The notes below the pieces were generated by a model, which was not told where the DNA came from, searched no databases, and saw nothing but the letters and a program-made list of their open reading frames with translations. From Bugula neritina (Eukaryota > Animalia > Bryozoa): 64,000 nucleotides of DNA. Both the position numbers and the translations under genes were made by a program. Positions 36,501-50,800 of the stretch are shown here, in pieces (the stretch's first letter is position 1; every line of letters starts with the position of its first letter). Location of the stretch: contig OZ037766.1 of NCBI GenBank assembly GCA_964035545.1, positions 22,370,767-22,434,766 on the forward strand, written 5' to 3'.

Positions 36501-39500
36501 TAAACTGGGCTAAGGATTTGTTTTCTATTGTGGCAAAGAAGCAATTATGACTAGATGTCTTTCCTAACATCACTAATATCTTTTACTTGGGATTTGAACC
36601 ACTGACCCTGTGTTTACTACGCCAGTGCTCTAACCCTTATATCACAGCTGCCCCCCCCCCCTCCCCTGTGTTACTGTTGAAACATTAAAGCAAATTTAGT
36701 CAGATTACTTTGTAAAAATGAATCTATATTAAAATCAGAATAGTGTGAAAACATGAGTTTATGCCAAGGAAGGAACATTTAAGTCATGCTCAGAGTACTG
36801 TAGTATAATTCCAAGTCAATTTGTTAACTGATAAGCCAATGCTTCATTTGAATTGCTACCATCATTTCATATTTCAGAGAGTTGACTGTAGCCCTGGAAC
36901 TCAATGGAGTGAGTGCCACTGAAGACATGGCTATGGTTGCCCAGATAAAAGCTGAGGTGCGGAAACTGTCTAATCGTAATGATATCTACAATAGCATATG
37001 TGTGTTGGAGAGCGATGAACAGTTAGAGGAAAACACAAAGAGAATGATCTACTTGCCTCCTACACCAAAAACTCCCCAACAAATTGCAGACAATGTTGCA
37101 GTGAGTCTTACCTTTTACTACTGAGAAACTGTTGGTGTATTTTCCATATAGCTTGCAAGGTACTAACTGTAATTGTTAATCTATGTATGACGTTCACTAA
37201 TTATTCTAGTATCAATTAACGGCCATGTTACGTTTTGGTAGCAAAACCATGTTTTAAGTTGTATACTAACTATTTAACTATATATAAAACATCATATTTT
37301 ATGTCAACAGAAATACTCATTTCCAAAATTGGTCATTGTACTAAAAGTTTGAATTTATAAAATATTTCACTTAAACTAGTGATATTTGTCATAGTTTGAG
37401 TGAAGTATTTTATAAATTCAAATATTTAGCACACCAGCCATTTTTGAAAGTAACTAATTTTGTTGACTTCAAATATAATGTTTTAAAATAATAACATAAA
37501 AATTTTCTGTAATTATTATACATTTTAAAACATGATGTATATTTCTGCTATTACCTGAACTTGTAGCAAAAATCATTCTCTTCCTTTCAATGTATCATTG
37601 TAGGAGGATGAGGGGTCTTTGAGTGGAGAGCTGGTGATAGATAAGACAGATGGTCTGATTCACCTGCCACACCCTGCACCGTCTGTTAAAACTTATACCA
37701 CAACTGTTACAGGTGGGAATAACTCCATAGCATATTGTTCGTGCCTCATCGTGTCACACAGTAATATCATAGCTGTGACCTTGTTAGCAACTCAAAGGGA
37801 AGCTGCACTGAAATATAGTTAATAGTATGATGCACTGAGCAGCAACTGTAGTTGCATAATAAAATGGCGGAAAGCTAACATATAAAACTTGCAAGAATTA
37901 TTATATGCCAGGCTACTATAATTATAACAGTAATTGTAAGTTATATTTTAGTTATTATATTTTCTAGTGAAATACTATGCAGTAGAGTTACTAATTTTTA
38001 CCATTTTAACTTGCTATTTTCTCTACTTGTTAAGTCATAGTGTGAAATGACAAATAATCATCATCAAAATTTGATTTGAAAGACTGGGGTACTCAAATAT
38101 ATCTGTCCATATACACTCAACATTAGGTTCTAAGTCTACATCTAAGGTGCTAATTGTTATATTCTAGTGTGAATGATATAACAGTATGTAGAGGGAAGGT
38201 TACTGATTTACTGTGAATTGCAACATCCTACAGCTGTTAATAACACCTCAGATAGTAATTCACTGTGAAATCTAAATATAAACTGCTTAGCAAGATCTGT
38301 ACAAATATTGTATATAGGTGATGATTTTAACAGTTATAAGCCAAAACACTGCATCTACTAATTATAGCTACTATAAGTATAGTAAGATATGAACCCTGGT
38401 TTATATTATAACTCTAATATGTTACACATAACACATAGTCACATACAATGTTTTATTGTAGTTCTATGCATTATAGTTAAGTTTGAAATAATGTGCATGC
38501 TGTAATTAGTGATAGAAATTGTATTTGTACCATTATTTTCCATTCTATATTTTAAGTTGAGCTACTAAGTAGTTTTTTATTTTTTTTCACTTTCTTTAGC
38601 AAGTTAATTTCATTAAATGTCCATTTAAATTTTGTTTTTTTTTTGTTTTTTCAAAAGTATCTTATTTGTATGCAAATGTACAAGAAATATGCTTTGGGAT
38701 ATCAAATTAAACAGATAAGTTGGAATAGAATCCCTTGTTCTCGGATTCTATAAGCTATGTTAGGTCTTTAGTGTAAAAGTTAAACATGCAATGCTGTAGA
38801 GCCGATCCTGGAAATAGACGAGGAAGCAATTGCTGATGGGGAAGGTGAAGGAGATAATGTTACGGCGTCAATGTCGGCATCACGGCAGCAATCAGCAAGA
38901 GTCAAATCAGGTCAGCCGTCTGTTAAATCCCGCCCTGTGAGTCAAGGCAGCTCCTTGAACACTGAAGTAATAGAAAAGGAACTTGAGGTTTTGAGTGCTA
39001 AACAGACACAGAATATGGAGACTACCACTGAAGAACCCGAACATAGGTATAAGTTTTAGAAGCTATATTTGTATACAAGTACATGTGCACCACATGTATA
39101 TTGAGCTCTACAAAGTTCTGTATAGAATTATAATACAGGTATATAATTATATAATTGGATGGGGAGGGGAAGATAATAATTAATCAATTACCATTAATTG
39201 TAAGATCTAAGTTATGTCATTTTTGATTATTGATTATTGATTATGCTAAAACTCAGGTGCGTTGGCTCATATTTACTTGTGTTCCACAGCAAACATTGGT
39301 GTATCTTTGTAGCCTGAGTCCACACTCAGCTAAAGACAACAGGAGTTCAAGGCCTTCTACTGGTGAGCCATTATTTTGTTTAAAACACCAGTCTATATAT
39401 ATATGTAGTCTTAGTTGGGGGTTGGATTTAATCTTGAACCATATACATTGCAAAGCATTCATATGATAAATTCCAGTGAGTAGCTTAATACTGAGAGTTG

Positions 39501-40401
39501 AAAAATATTAAAAATTTCTAACAAGTATGTTGATGTTTGATGCAAATCAGCTTACACGCAATGCAGTTAGTAAAAACTTATTTGGAAAATATTGTGGCAC
39601 ACGAGTACATTATCTGTTGGAAGATGTTTATGTTAATATTATTATCAAATCTCAAGAGGATTAGGCTCGTGACATAGAACATGTTAGAATTGTAGCTTTC
39701 TCTCCACTATCTATTGCATAATTCTAGAGAAGCTTTGTTGCACAGGCTATTCTAAAAAGAAGATAAGTGAGCTGAGGGGCGTCAGTATAACCCCCACAAT
39801 ATTGTCAGTCAGTCTTGATCAGACTCAAGCTCTGCACACTGAAGAGCCTTCTGAACTTGCTCAACTAAAAGTAATGTCTATTGGGGATGACAAAGGTTCA
39901 ACATCCTCTTTAGTAGAGCATGTAAGTTTGAATAGAGCATCAGCATTTTCTTATGCATTTGTATGCTTAAACTAACTTATTGCATTAATATTTCAAAGAT
40001 GTTAGATTACAGAAGCCACAATATTTTTGTACATAAAATGTAGAGGTCAAAACTCACATGTCAACAAAATATTGATTCGAATGAGTTGTACAGGATGTAT
40101 AGTTTTGTAAGAAAAACTAGTTTTACTATTTGACTTTTCATTAGTCATTACATGTTATATTCTATAATCATAGGAGAAAGATGAGTCTCAAAGACATGAT
40201 GGTGAAAGTTTGCCTGGGAATAATGATAAAAGCTATACAATACAAACATTACAACCTGAGGACCATTCTGTCAAAAGTGATGCAATCGATCCTGTAGATG
40301 CTACGAGGATGCAAAGCACAAATTTCCTGTTTGACAGATATTCACACATTGATATTAAATCTCCTGATGTGCTAACATATTCACCCGAGGCATCATCTTA
40401 G
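24600..40401 (+). CDS. HEATR4: HEAT repeat-containing protein 4-like, about 1228 aa, 22 exons (low-complexity C-terminal exons less certain)
   Basis: Exons 24600-24830, 25309-25427, 25807-25973, 26484-26695, 27280-27425, 27636-27772, 29357-29503, 29875-30095, 30977-31076, 31157-31315, 31589-31779, 32050-32208, 34324-34446, 34986-35151, 35344-35529, 36258-36447, 36878-37100, 37604-37712, 38800-39046, 39313-39362, 39746-39921, 40174-40401, all in phase. HEAT motifs HPHVRIKAISTCA, SMLAEHLNDCSWRHRV, MWNDAHSDVRKAAAQSLG, GIMTAKLM, DPIWRIKALAIQALG and LLWALRFEEEEGIRAEAC match HEATR4. Confidence 0.85.
29491..29633. repeat. 31-bp tandem repeat (about 4.5 copies) spanning the HEATR4 exon 7 donor
   Basis: Unit GATTGGCTGACTG|GTGAGTGTTCTGCAATGT starts at 29491, 29522, 29553, 29584 and 29615. 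Confidence 0.92.
32197..32332. repeat. About 75-bp degenerate duplication spanning the HEATR4 exon 12 donor
   Basis: AGTAATAATACA|GTATGTA at 32197 and 32272. TACACTTACAATGT recurs in both copies. Confidence 0.75.
33090..33500 (-). mobile_element. Possible decayed RTE-type LINE 3' fragment
   Basis: Frameshifted minus-strand peptide fragments KLYYRP/AILYGTKAL and GVTE...KKEVEAM resemble the C-terminus of RTE ORF2 (RPALLYGTECW...GVTD...RRVEAM). Heavily degenerate. Confidence 0.35.
34810..34990. repeat. About 31-bp tandem repeat (about 6 copies) spanning the HEATR4 exon 14 acceptor
   Basis: Unit GTGTGACTGTTTATAGTGTTGTTGCAG|ATG. CAG copies end at 34831, 34893, 34924, 34954 and 34985. Confidence 0.88.
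36585..36650 (-). mobile_element. tRNA-like SINE head remnant
   Basis: The minus strand contains GGTTAGAGCACTGG...GGTTCAAATCCCA (B-box-like). Incomplete. Confidence 0.35.
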
Positions 40402-41704
40402 GGTGCAAATACACTGTAAACTACAAGAATGTTCTTGCAGTTGTTTTACATTTTCTAATAGTGGAAGTTGCCCTACCAATTCTGTTTATTGAGCTGTTTC
40501 ATTGTTATATTGATAAACTACTTAACTTCTCCATTTCTGCATTAACAACATAATGTTATAAATTATATGTATTTCTCTATTATTTTAAGTTACATTAGCA
40601 TTTGATAACATTTTTTCTTTTTGAATCATATTAATTTTTGCATGGTGAAAATGTAGAGAAAATGTATATTGCAGGTTTATATAGAAATATCAAAAAACAA
40701 ATTCTTTTTGCTCTGATAATTGAGTTTAAACAAACCTAAAAGTTTCACAATAAAATTTACTACAAAAATTATAATGTGCTAAAATACCAACAATTCGTCA
40801 TGATATGAAATGGCTATCATTAGAGCAAAATCTGATAAATGTGCAGTTTGCTCATCTATCACAGATGTTGTTATGTTTCTGCAGTAAACCTTAAACTTAT
40901 ACTAACTGACCATCATTTACAGGTTATATCTTTATAATGATTAAATTCATCACTATTAGCTATTATATAGGTTTGTAAAAGCATAGTTTTGATTGGCTGT
41001 TTGGTTTCAAGTTTTATTATACTTTAAAGAGGCTTCCACTTTACAAGGTTTAAGTACTTACATTGAAAGGCATTTTAATTTTCTATATTTTAAATGAATT
41101 TAAAATATTGCAGTTGCTGATTAGGCCTACATTTGAATTTCTGTACAGTTTTACTTAGTGATGTGAAATGAAAAATTCCTTAATGAGTTAACAAAGCATT
41201 ATTATGCTATATTTTAGGTCTTGTAACTTATTTAGATTATTATAAAATCTTTATCTAATAATATTCTAACAACCCTCAAGAATGGAATACTTCAATTATA
41301 TGTTTAGTTGTCAAGCTCAAGCAACCCCTATAATAATTAACTTAGTCTTATTATGGCTGAAGAACTATAGCTTTGAAGCTTTTGTAGGTTAAAATTTTGA
41401 GTTTATAGCTGTGATGGGAATGTTTTCAATAAACTTTATTATGCCGTTATAGTTATTATAGTCATTTAGTAGTGTGGACAGTTGTAAGCTTCAATACATT
41501 TATATATATATCATTTTATATTCTGCCATGACTATGATGCAAAGTTGTAACTAAATGGTAACTTTGGGTTTAGCCTGAGAACAATAATAAAGTAAACAGT
41601 AGGAACAATTAAATAATAATTATAATGGTTATTTAGGACTGGACCAAATGGAGTTATATACAAGAGTTAATTATTCTGTCTCATCAAGTTAACCCACCTA
41701 ATAA

Positions 41705-41737
41705 GCCACGCCCCATCACGAGCCAATAGCGCGCCAA
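41705..41737 (+). promoter_or_regulatory. TIKI proximal promoter: Sp/KLF box, CCAAT box and E2F-like site
   Basis: GCCACGCCCC (41705), AGCCAATAG (41721) and GCGCGCCAA (41729) are clustered in otherwise AT-rich DNA about 170 bp upstream of the ATG at 41898. Confidence 0.6.
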
Positions 41738-41897
41738 CTATAGTGTTTGTTATTATAATCTAAGGAAGTACGGTTCATTCACATCCAGTGTGTGTAACTA
41801 ATTTGTTAGGCTGTGGACTATGACCTGCTCTAAGGTGTTAGCAGTTTAGACTTGAGAAAGCTCGTTGCAGCATATCTAAAGTCAGCTGCTGCAAGAC

Positions 41898-44800
41898 ATG
41901 AATTATCTACATACTTTACAATGGAGGCCGTTATATTACTTGATTATACTAGTATTAGCTATTCATGGATCTAAGGAATTGAATTCAACTACTCTTCAAT
42001 GTCCGGAAAACTCCTCTGTTAGTATTATTATATTATTTTGTAGTTGTTTTATTGACAAAACAGCAATAATGTAATTATTATAGACAATGTGATATTATAG
42101 TTTAAATATAGGATTGTTAATTTACTTGTGCTAAAAAGTTACATCCACATAATATTGGCATTATTGTGCTGCAAACTATAATAATAGTATATTCCACATT
42201 TTATTCTTACAGCAATATAAAGAAATACAGTCAGTTAATTTAATGGTAAAGTTTTAAATAGTTAATATTATATATTAAAGTTTTTACTAACATTCGAGAC
42301 TAAAAGTAATGATAAGTCTATAGAGCTGAATGACTGTTGGTAAAGATCATAGGTAGCACAATCTCTTTAATAGTTTAAATCTACTTTATTCAAAAATATG
42401 ATTTAAGTAAAACTATTTTACTAAGAAGCAAAGAACTAGTTTGTTTGAACTTGCATGTATTCGTATTGAACGTAGTTTTAACCAAATACCATGAAGTAGA
42501 GTTGAACAACACCTTGTTGATATTATAAAAAAAGGTAGAGCTGGTGCATTTAATATAAATATATAGTAAAATATATAATCTAGCTATTACAGTTAGGTAT
42601 AATTAGCATACTTACATACACCTGAATTCATTTATTGTCAATTATCTTCCTAATACTTTACATAAAGTACTTTGCTCTTATACTCCGAGAGGTATACTGA
42701 AAAAAACCCTTTAGAGTTTAGTTCATCAATAACTGAAACTGTAAATACTTAATTCCACATAACACTATAATTTTTAGTTATATTTCTTTATTTTATATTT
42801 TGCATTTTAACTATGCAGGTAAGCTTTATATTTTCCAGCTCTGCATAAACAAAGAAATTAACTAAATGTTGAGTTACAAAGTACAACTACTGAATCAAGT
42901 CACACTTATTGTAATTGTTTAATTTAAATACAAACCAGCATTGAAGTTTTTCCTCTAAGGAAAACTTGAACAAAATAAAGCTGAGATGCTGTCAATCTCA
43001 TCATTTCTTTTAGCTTCGTTAGCAGTTCACCCTATGTTTGATTATAAAGCCATAATAATATTGATAGACTAAAGAAAATAGCCACAAGACATATGCTCCT
43101 AAACCCAATTATTGCAGCTCAACAAGTTTTTCATATATGAACCTGATGATTTAGTGCAAGTAGAATTGTTTGCATCAAATTTACCAAGACATTGAACGGT
43201 ACACCAATTGTCAGGAATCAACAACTTTTTAACTGACTTTTGTTTTTTATCACACTTTCATTCATTTGGATAACAACAGAGTAACAAAGCCTAGCAAGGC
43301 TGTGCAAACTGTTGTAATTATGTCTCAAGACATCCCATACATATACAACCATATATCTCGACATTCTATTATACTCAGTTATAGATAATATTGTGCTAGT
43401 CAAATGACTTACAGCACTTGGAGCTGGGTATAATAAAGCAATAGAATTGCAGCTATACATGCCCATACATTAACTTGATACGAAGTGGATTTAATTCTTC
43501 TCAAAATGTAGCCATCATTTTGTGTAAGAATTCAAACATCCTACAGTATCTAGTGTATAGTTTCTATTGAACATCATAATAATACATTTACTCTAGTATT
43601 AACTTCTTCTCACCTTTCTCCGCCATTTCTTGATCGATTTGATGAAGATCCTTGTTTATTATTTGAACTGGCATCAATATACTTTTCAATGGAATAGAAT
43701 TTTAAAAATTTAGTAAATCTTAGTAATAACAATTTGATGAAAGCTATGTGCTCTGTATGGTAGAAATGATTAGATTCTGTTGGACTCTGCAACATTTCCT
43801 TCCTTTCTCTGCCATTTCCTGATTGATGACGATGGGACTCTGCAACTGTTGTTTAATTTATTCTAAATCTGTATTTAATATTATTCTCCTACTGTAACCC
43901 TGTAGCACATGGCTACATCAACTTTAATTTAAAATTAGAGCTGAAGTAGGAGCTGTATAATATAAACAATCAATAGAAGACCATTCTTTGGGCAACTCAT
44001 TAGCTAAAACAACTTAATTAAGAAAGTCAAACATGCAATGCAAGAAAGTAATTGATTTCTAGGATTTTATTAGCATAATTAATGTGTATTAACAGCTGTG
44101 TCTTGTCACTATATTATATCTTACATGCTTCAATAAGATGCATTTTTAATTATTAACTGTTAAACACATCAAAAGTTTTAGGTTTTCATATCATAGTTTA
44201 ATATCCAAACTTTCAAAACTTGAAACTTGAGGCATTGTGGTTGAAAAATATGACAATTTTTCACTGCAGCTGAGCAAATTTTTCTACTTGTATTGTTCCA
44301 GCAGTCAGAACTAAACTCCTTTCTGTGGACGTTGGAGAGAGATCCACCCTCCTATTTCTTTGGTACAATACACGTGCCTTACACCAGAGTCTGGGACTAC
44401 ATACCTCTGAGTGCAAAGAATGCATTCCGAAATGCTGAAAACGTGTATTTTGAGCTTGATTTGACTGATGGCAAAACGGCGGCAGCTCTCACCAACTGCA
44501 AGATGCTGTCGGATGGAGTAACCTTGAGTGATATTCTCTCTAAAAGACTCTACCGAAGGCTGACTCGTTACATGGATTACGTCAAGAAGCAGATTGCTGA
44601 CTGGACGAGCAAGGAGCAGAGGGGTCGGGGCATCAAGACTGACTATTACTCAGACTATCAGTACAGGTTAGATCTCAGACTATACTGTGTTGGTGTAAAC
44701 CGGCAGTAAAGATATTACATTCTTTCTTTACTGAATGTAGCAGTTTGCACCAGAAAGGGCAGAAGTTCTATAAACTCGTGTGAAATACGAAGTAATTCTA

Positions 44801-47800
44801 TGTTTTGAATATAATTTGTTTACGATTACTATATATAATGATATTCATGGTAAGTGAGTAACTACACATACACTGATCAGTTTATATGGAATTATTCTCA
44901 AATTTCTTAACAACAAAAGAACTTCAGTAAAAAAACCTTAGCAACAGTATAATACTGAGTAGTAGGAGTTATGAAATTACACAGTCTTTTCTCATTTGCT
45001 CATATCCTGAGTAGTGTTTAGCTAAAATAGTCTTTAGTTTAAATTCCTTTTGCTAAATGCTGTAATATTTTTGCCTTAAAACCCAAATAGTTCTTGAACA
45101 GATTATACAGTGCAATCTGCCACACAACAGTGTTGTTTAGTTGAAGTATAAACAATCATAGGTGGTTGTTAACACTTGACCTGCATGCCCACTCTGACAC
45201 GAGTCTGTTTCCACTTCACTATCTTACTGTATATAAAGTTAGCTAAAGTCAAAAGCCTGCTAATTATCACTTCACTTTTACAGGCCAGTTTATTTACAAC
45301 TTAATTGTTTGTATACATGCATGTAATAGTTTATTATGGTACGGGCCTCATGTTTCTACCTGACATATAGCACTTAAATCTATATGCTCCAACTTAGCTG
45401 CATCTGCCATCTAGTTTATAAAAAATTTACGATGTTTTTAGCTAAAGCTCTCAACAACAACAATGGATGAAGCTACACACACGCACACGCACACACATGC
45501 ACACACATGTACACACATGTACACACATACACACACGCACACGCACACGCACACGCACACGCACACACATGCACACACATGTACACACATGTACACACAT
45601 GTACACACATGTACACACATGTACACACATGGACGTTTATTTTGTAGAGCAATTGTTGGATCGTGGCAAAGAATGAAGCCAGTATGGCTGATGTTGTTAC
45701 TAAACTCCCTCACCAAGAGCGATGTAAGGCTGTTTGGGGTGCCGGTGTTAGATCTCTACCTGTCCCGCCAAGCCTCCCAATGGAACAAGAGAATTGGAGC
45801 TATAGAAAATGTAGCTGACCAGTGTGAACCCTTGAACCAGCTTAACCAGACCCAGGTAACCTCTCAGTAGCAGGGTATGTCTTACAGGTACATGGCTAGC
45901 ATCAGACTATGTCAAATTGATAAACCACCAATTTAGCTTCTCTTGAATGTTTAAAACTTCAGAAATTTTCTTGTTGGCGGTGGCTGCGTTTATGCAGGTA
46001 AAAGTTGCATAAACTTCAAAAGAGAATATTTGTACTAAAAGAATAAAATTCCAAATCATTGCAGCTCTTTGTATTATGTGGTAATTTTTAGCAACTTGAT
46101 TATTATATCAGTGATTACAATAACTTGCTTTTTAAATTCAAAAATAAGTTGAGTTCAAGTTAGTTTTATTTCTGACTGAAGTGCAACTGTCAAGATACAA
46201 GAAGTTTACAATCTTTCATTTGATAATATGTAATAAATTAACCAGGCATATTGCAGTTTAAATCAATAATTGATAGCTAAAAAACTGTTAAAAGTTTACT
46301 GGAAAACCAAAATTTTTTTCATAGCACTGATATCAGAATGAACTTTTTTTAAAAGATCTTTATTGGTATGAACTTTTAATTTAGTAAACTATTTATTATG
46401 CCCAAATAAATGGCTTTAGATTGGTTAGTGCAAAAAGTATGAGAATGTTTAGCTTTAGGATAATGATTTTAAAAATTTGCCTGATGAGTTACTCATACTT
46501 TTTTTTGCTATTATGTATACGCAGCAATTAGAAATATTTTTATTAAAATTTTGGTATCCTAGTATTAGTATTGAAAATATTTTGAGAAAATGTTTTCTGT
46601 GATGCTTGCTGGCTAGCTTGACATTGCAGTTGAATACAAATAATTTAACCATTAAATTTAGTACAAAATACAAGTACTTGTATATATAACCATTGTTTTT
46701 AAAATTTAAGTACCATATAAAATGCAAACTATATAGTACTGTTTAGCTTACAGGTCTTACCAAAGGAAATTATATGAACTTTTGCTATCAAATTTTCAAA
46801 ATGCCAAAATTATATTTTACTATAATTATGCATCTCAAATATACAACACAAAAGATGAGAAAAGTTATTTAATGGTTGGTGTTTTAGTTTTACAATTATT
46901 TGCATGCTAAGGAATTGACCTAGTTCTACCTTTCTGATAGATGTAACATGCATGTGAACAAGCTGTATCTCTGCCAGTTTTATCTGTCAACAATAGTTGT
47001 TTAGTAAAACCACAACAAGTTGTTGTACATCATATGTCACACAGTTAGATGCAACTCAGCTTTACTTTTTACAAAACAGATAAGATAAAATATCAATTGG
47101 TTTGGGGGGTCAACTGCCAGCAGTCCATCACCACCACTCTAAGTGTGACTGCAGAAGTGATATTTTTAGTTAGGTCTGCCAGACCAATATTTAACTGTTA
47201 TAAAAAAAGTTTGTAAGCTTAAGCTACGCTGTATTATAGATGAGAAATCTCTTTGTAGTAAAGTTTTAGTAATTAATAATTAGTCCAAGAACGTATTGAA
47301 AATAAAATTATTCTAATAATGTGCCTCATGAAAGTTTGCATTGTACTTATTCTTTCTGCTTAAACTTAACCAAAAACTTAAAATTTGTTACAGCTTAAAT
47401 TCTTCTTGAAGAATTCGTAGGTTTTAGTCTATGGTAAAATATTCTCGATAACTAAATTCGTGACTTTTTAATATTTTCAAAATCAACTTTTTTATTGTTG
47501 TCTTAAATGCTGCAAGGTTCTACAAAGTTTTCATATTAGTGACTCCTTTCTCCAGATATCTGCTTCAAATTCAAACTAAAATATAGACTATAAATTATCA
47601 TAATGAGATGCATTGTACACAAGTCTGTCTCCATTATAATGTCTATCTCATGTTTTCACAAGAAACATTTTCCTATCACACATAATACAAACATTAGAAT
47701 TGTTCCGAACACAAAGGAACCTTACTCTTGTCACCTCCACCTACTCCAGTTACTGTCATCAAGTAATTATCATCACAAAAGGAGTATTAGAACACTCATC

Positions 47801-50800
47801 ATTATCTCAATCACCAATTTGTGCTCTCTGACTCAGAAAACCAATTATGCAATTAACTGTACCTTCAGGTTTGTGCATACACGTGCAGGTTTGTAAATAT
47901 TGATTCAACTTCACTATTCTCATGTTCATCATACTCAACAAGTATTTGATGAATGTTTTCACAAGGGATTATGGTAGTTTATATATCAAATAATTAGATA
48001 GTTATTGCATGAACTTTTTCAACAAGCAACTAGTAAAATGTTGCTAATAAATGGTCATAAATACATGATTCATCAGACAAACTCTGTCATAGTTGCCACC
48101 ACATGCACTCTAATATTAGTTATAAATAGCAGCTATAAATAGTAACTATGAAAATGTTGACAAATAACTATAAGAAATTTGAATTTGAATCACTTTGTGG
48201 CAGTAACTAGATACATTTTAGTATAATAATGTGCTAATTAAACTGTCTTGCTTTGTCCTCAAATACTCTCAACACAATGCAGTGCCTGTATCCAACCTTA
48301 GTCACATTCCTACTCCCAGTTGCACTCATTATAATCCTGGTGGTGGACAAGACCGCAGCTAATTTATTTCATTATCTCACCTCTGGCTAGGCTCATTCCC
48401 AGTGTTGACTTAATTAGTTTCTCACAAGAGCTTATTTTCATAATGAAAGGCAAACTTGACAAAGTTATAATTTATAGTCAATAGTGAAAATAATCTAGTC
48501 GATAGTTGAGAGGGAAATTTTACCAAAAAGGTAGAGAGATTTTTTCTACTTAGCTAAATTTTCTAGCCTAGAATGACATTACTTCCTTTTACAAAAATTG
48601 CCGTAAATCTCAGCGTCATGCTCTAGCACAGGGCTGTCTAACAGGTGGCCCCAGGGCCGGATGTGGCCTCTGGCATACATTTATGTGGCCCCTAAAGGCA
48701 TAGAGCTAAAACTAGTTTTTACAATATACATGAATTAAAGTGAAAAACCAACTATTAAATGTCTTATTTATACACATGCCACAAAACATGCAGCCTGCAT
48801 TAACTATTGGGACTTTATTGTGTAATGATTCATAAAAGTATGAAATAAAATAATTTGAAAAATACTGACGTTGTGGCCTCCATCACAAGCTAGAATTTAC
48901 AATGTGGCCCTCGCCATAAAATGTTTCCTTTCAGTGGCCCTCGATCTAAAAAGGCTGGACACCACTGCCCTATAAACATGTCTCCATCAATGCACTTTGA
49001 ATTTCCTGAAACAAGAACATATAACCTGTTAAAGTTTATTCAATGTTTATTACTTTTCAATCAAGGAATTTACTGCATTCATATTTTATGTACAAAGAAA
49101 ACTATATTCTGAAATTGTTAGAGGAAAACAAATTGGTTTTTTATGTATAAGTGAATCCTTTTATTTGCATAAATCCCAGGGCTAGCTGAAAGCAGTTATA
49201 TCTATATGTACTTGATTACTTTATGGTTAATATATTAATTCTGTCTTGTATTTCAACAAATTCAATTATATTTTCTCCAAGACAACAATGCTGTACTGTA
49301 AAAATAATTAAATTACGGAAAGTGATAGGTGCTTTTATAAAATAGAATATCCTAACTCTTTGATATTTATAATAATCTTTAGGTGTTTGATTGAAGTTTC
49401 AAAGCTGAAGTTATAGTTGGCAAAAGTCACAGTTTCTCGGATGAGTTTGACTTTGTTTCAAACAAGATAATATTGAATTGGTTTTTCTCTAAAATGAATT
49501 ATTACATAATTAAGCAGTCGTAACATGGATTGCAATGTACAGTGAAATAAAATGCGCTGTTTAAAGTATATGATGTACCAACATGTTCATCTGTACTCTT
49601 GCTGCCTTAAGTACAGAGCAAAGTGTTATTATTACTAAATTCATGTCTAATTTCTAAGCATAAGCATATACTTTAGTATGGTATCCGGTAAAAATGGCAC
49701 AAATGGCAAAGTAGGTAAAAACGTCACATTTTCAACATTAGGGTTTGGGGCGTGGTGGTTGGGGGTTCGGAATGAGGATTTAGGTTTGGGGATGGAGGTT
49801 AAAGTCCGGGGTTGGGGTTTAAGGGTTGGGGGTTTGGAAAAATTTAACACTTTTGTGCCATTTTTACCTACTTTTACATTTGTGTTATTATTACCTGTGC
49901 CATTTTTACCGTGCCATTTTTACCTGTGCCAATTTTACTGGTGCCATTTTTACCTAAAATCACTTTAGTATAGCAATATTGATCTATATTTATTATTTTC
50001 AAAGCCCTAATTTGTTTATATAATGTGTATTAAAAAGATATAACCATGGTTACAAAATAAAGTTTGTGAAAACTCCACTGGCTATTAATAGGAATTATGT
50101 GATTTAATGTAATTTTAATTCAAAAGTACGAACTTAATTAATATACCAAAGTAGGTAGTAAAATCAAATAGCTTTATGATGAATTGCTAACAATAGGTTC
50201 AGCATAAACTTGATACCTAATTATTGAGATGCTAATGCAGGTAGTTTACCTGTCATGTGACCTGATGCTATATAACGCATTGATTTTTTCACGTAGCATC
50301 TAAAATAGTCTAACTGGGATTTATTATAACAAAATGTATGCGTATATTAACTAGGTAATATTTGCACTAGACGAAACTCTAAGACAACATGAGCAGCAGA
50401 GGAAGAAATCTCAGGCTATGCCAGAGAATGAAGAACTCATTTCCCACTACAACTGTGGAGATCTACCATCAATTTTATTGAGGAAATCCACTATAAGGGT
50501 GAGTGGTATGCTCTTACTGCTTTCACATGTGCTAAAATATCTAGAAAAGCTTGGATTAAAAGCAATTAAAAATATATCAACTTGAATAGTTTGTTCACCA
50601 AGTTCTTTACTAGCAGCTAAAATGTGCATCGCCTGCCAAATTTTATTTTAGCAGCTAGTGAAACTTATTTTTAATTTCAACATTTCATTTCGAAATAGCA
50701 TTTTTAGTACTTATTTTCTGTTTTCAGTGAATTTGCTTATAACATTTAAAAGGCTATTTTAATAAATACACTTTTTTACTTACAATAACTTTATATATTT

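Noticed and set aside
37859-37870. Perfect YY1-like AAAATGGCGG in a HEATR4 intron
   Set aside because: An isolated 10-mer with no other promoter features or downstream ORF.
39696-39721. Alternative HEATR4 acceptor at 39695
   Set aside because: It leads to a stop after 8 codons. The acceptor at 39745 (or 39727) keeps the frame open to the next exon.
45438-45716. His-Thr / Cys-Val repeat ORFs
   Set aside because: These are microsatellite translations. The real TIKI exon starts at 45648.
49678-49968. Gly/Trp-rich 96-aa ORF
   Set aside because: It coincides with the MITE and its G-rich core and has no transposase motifs.
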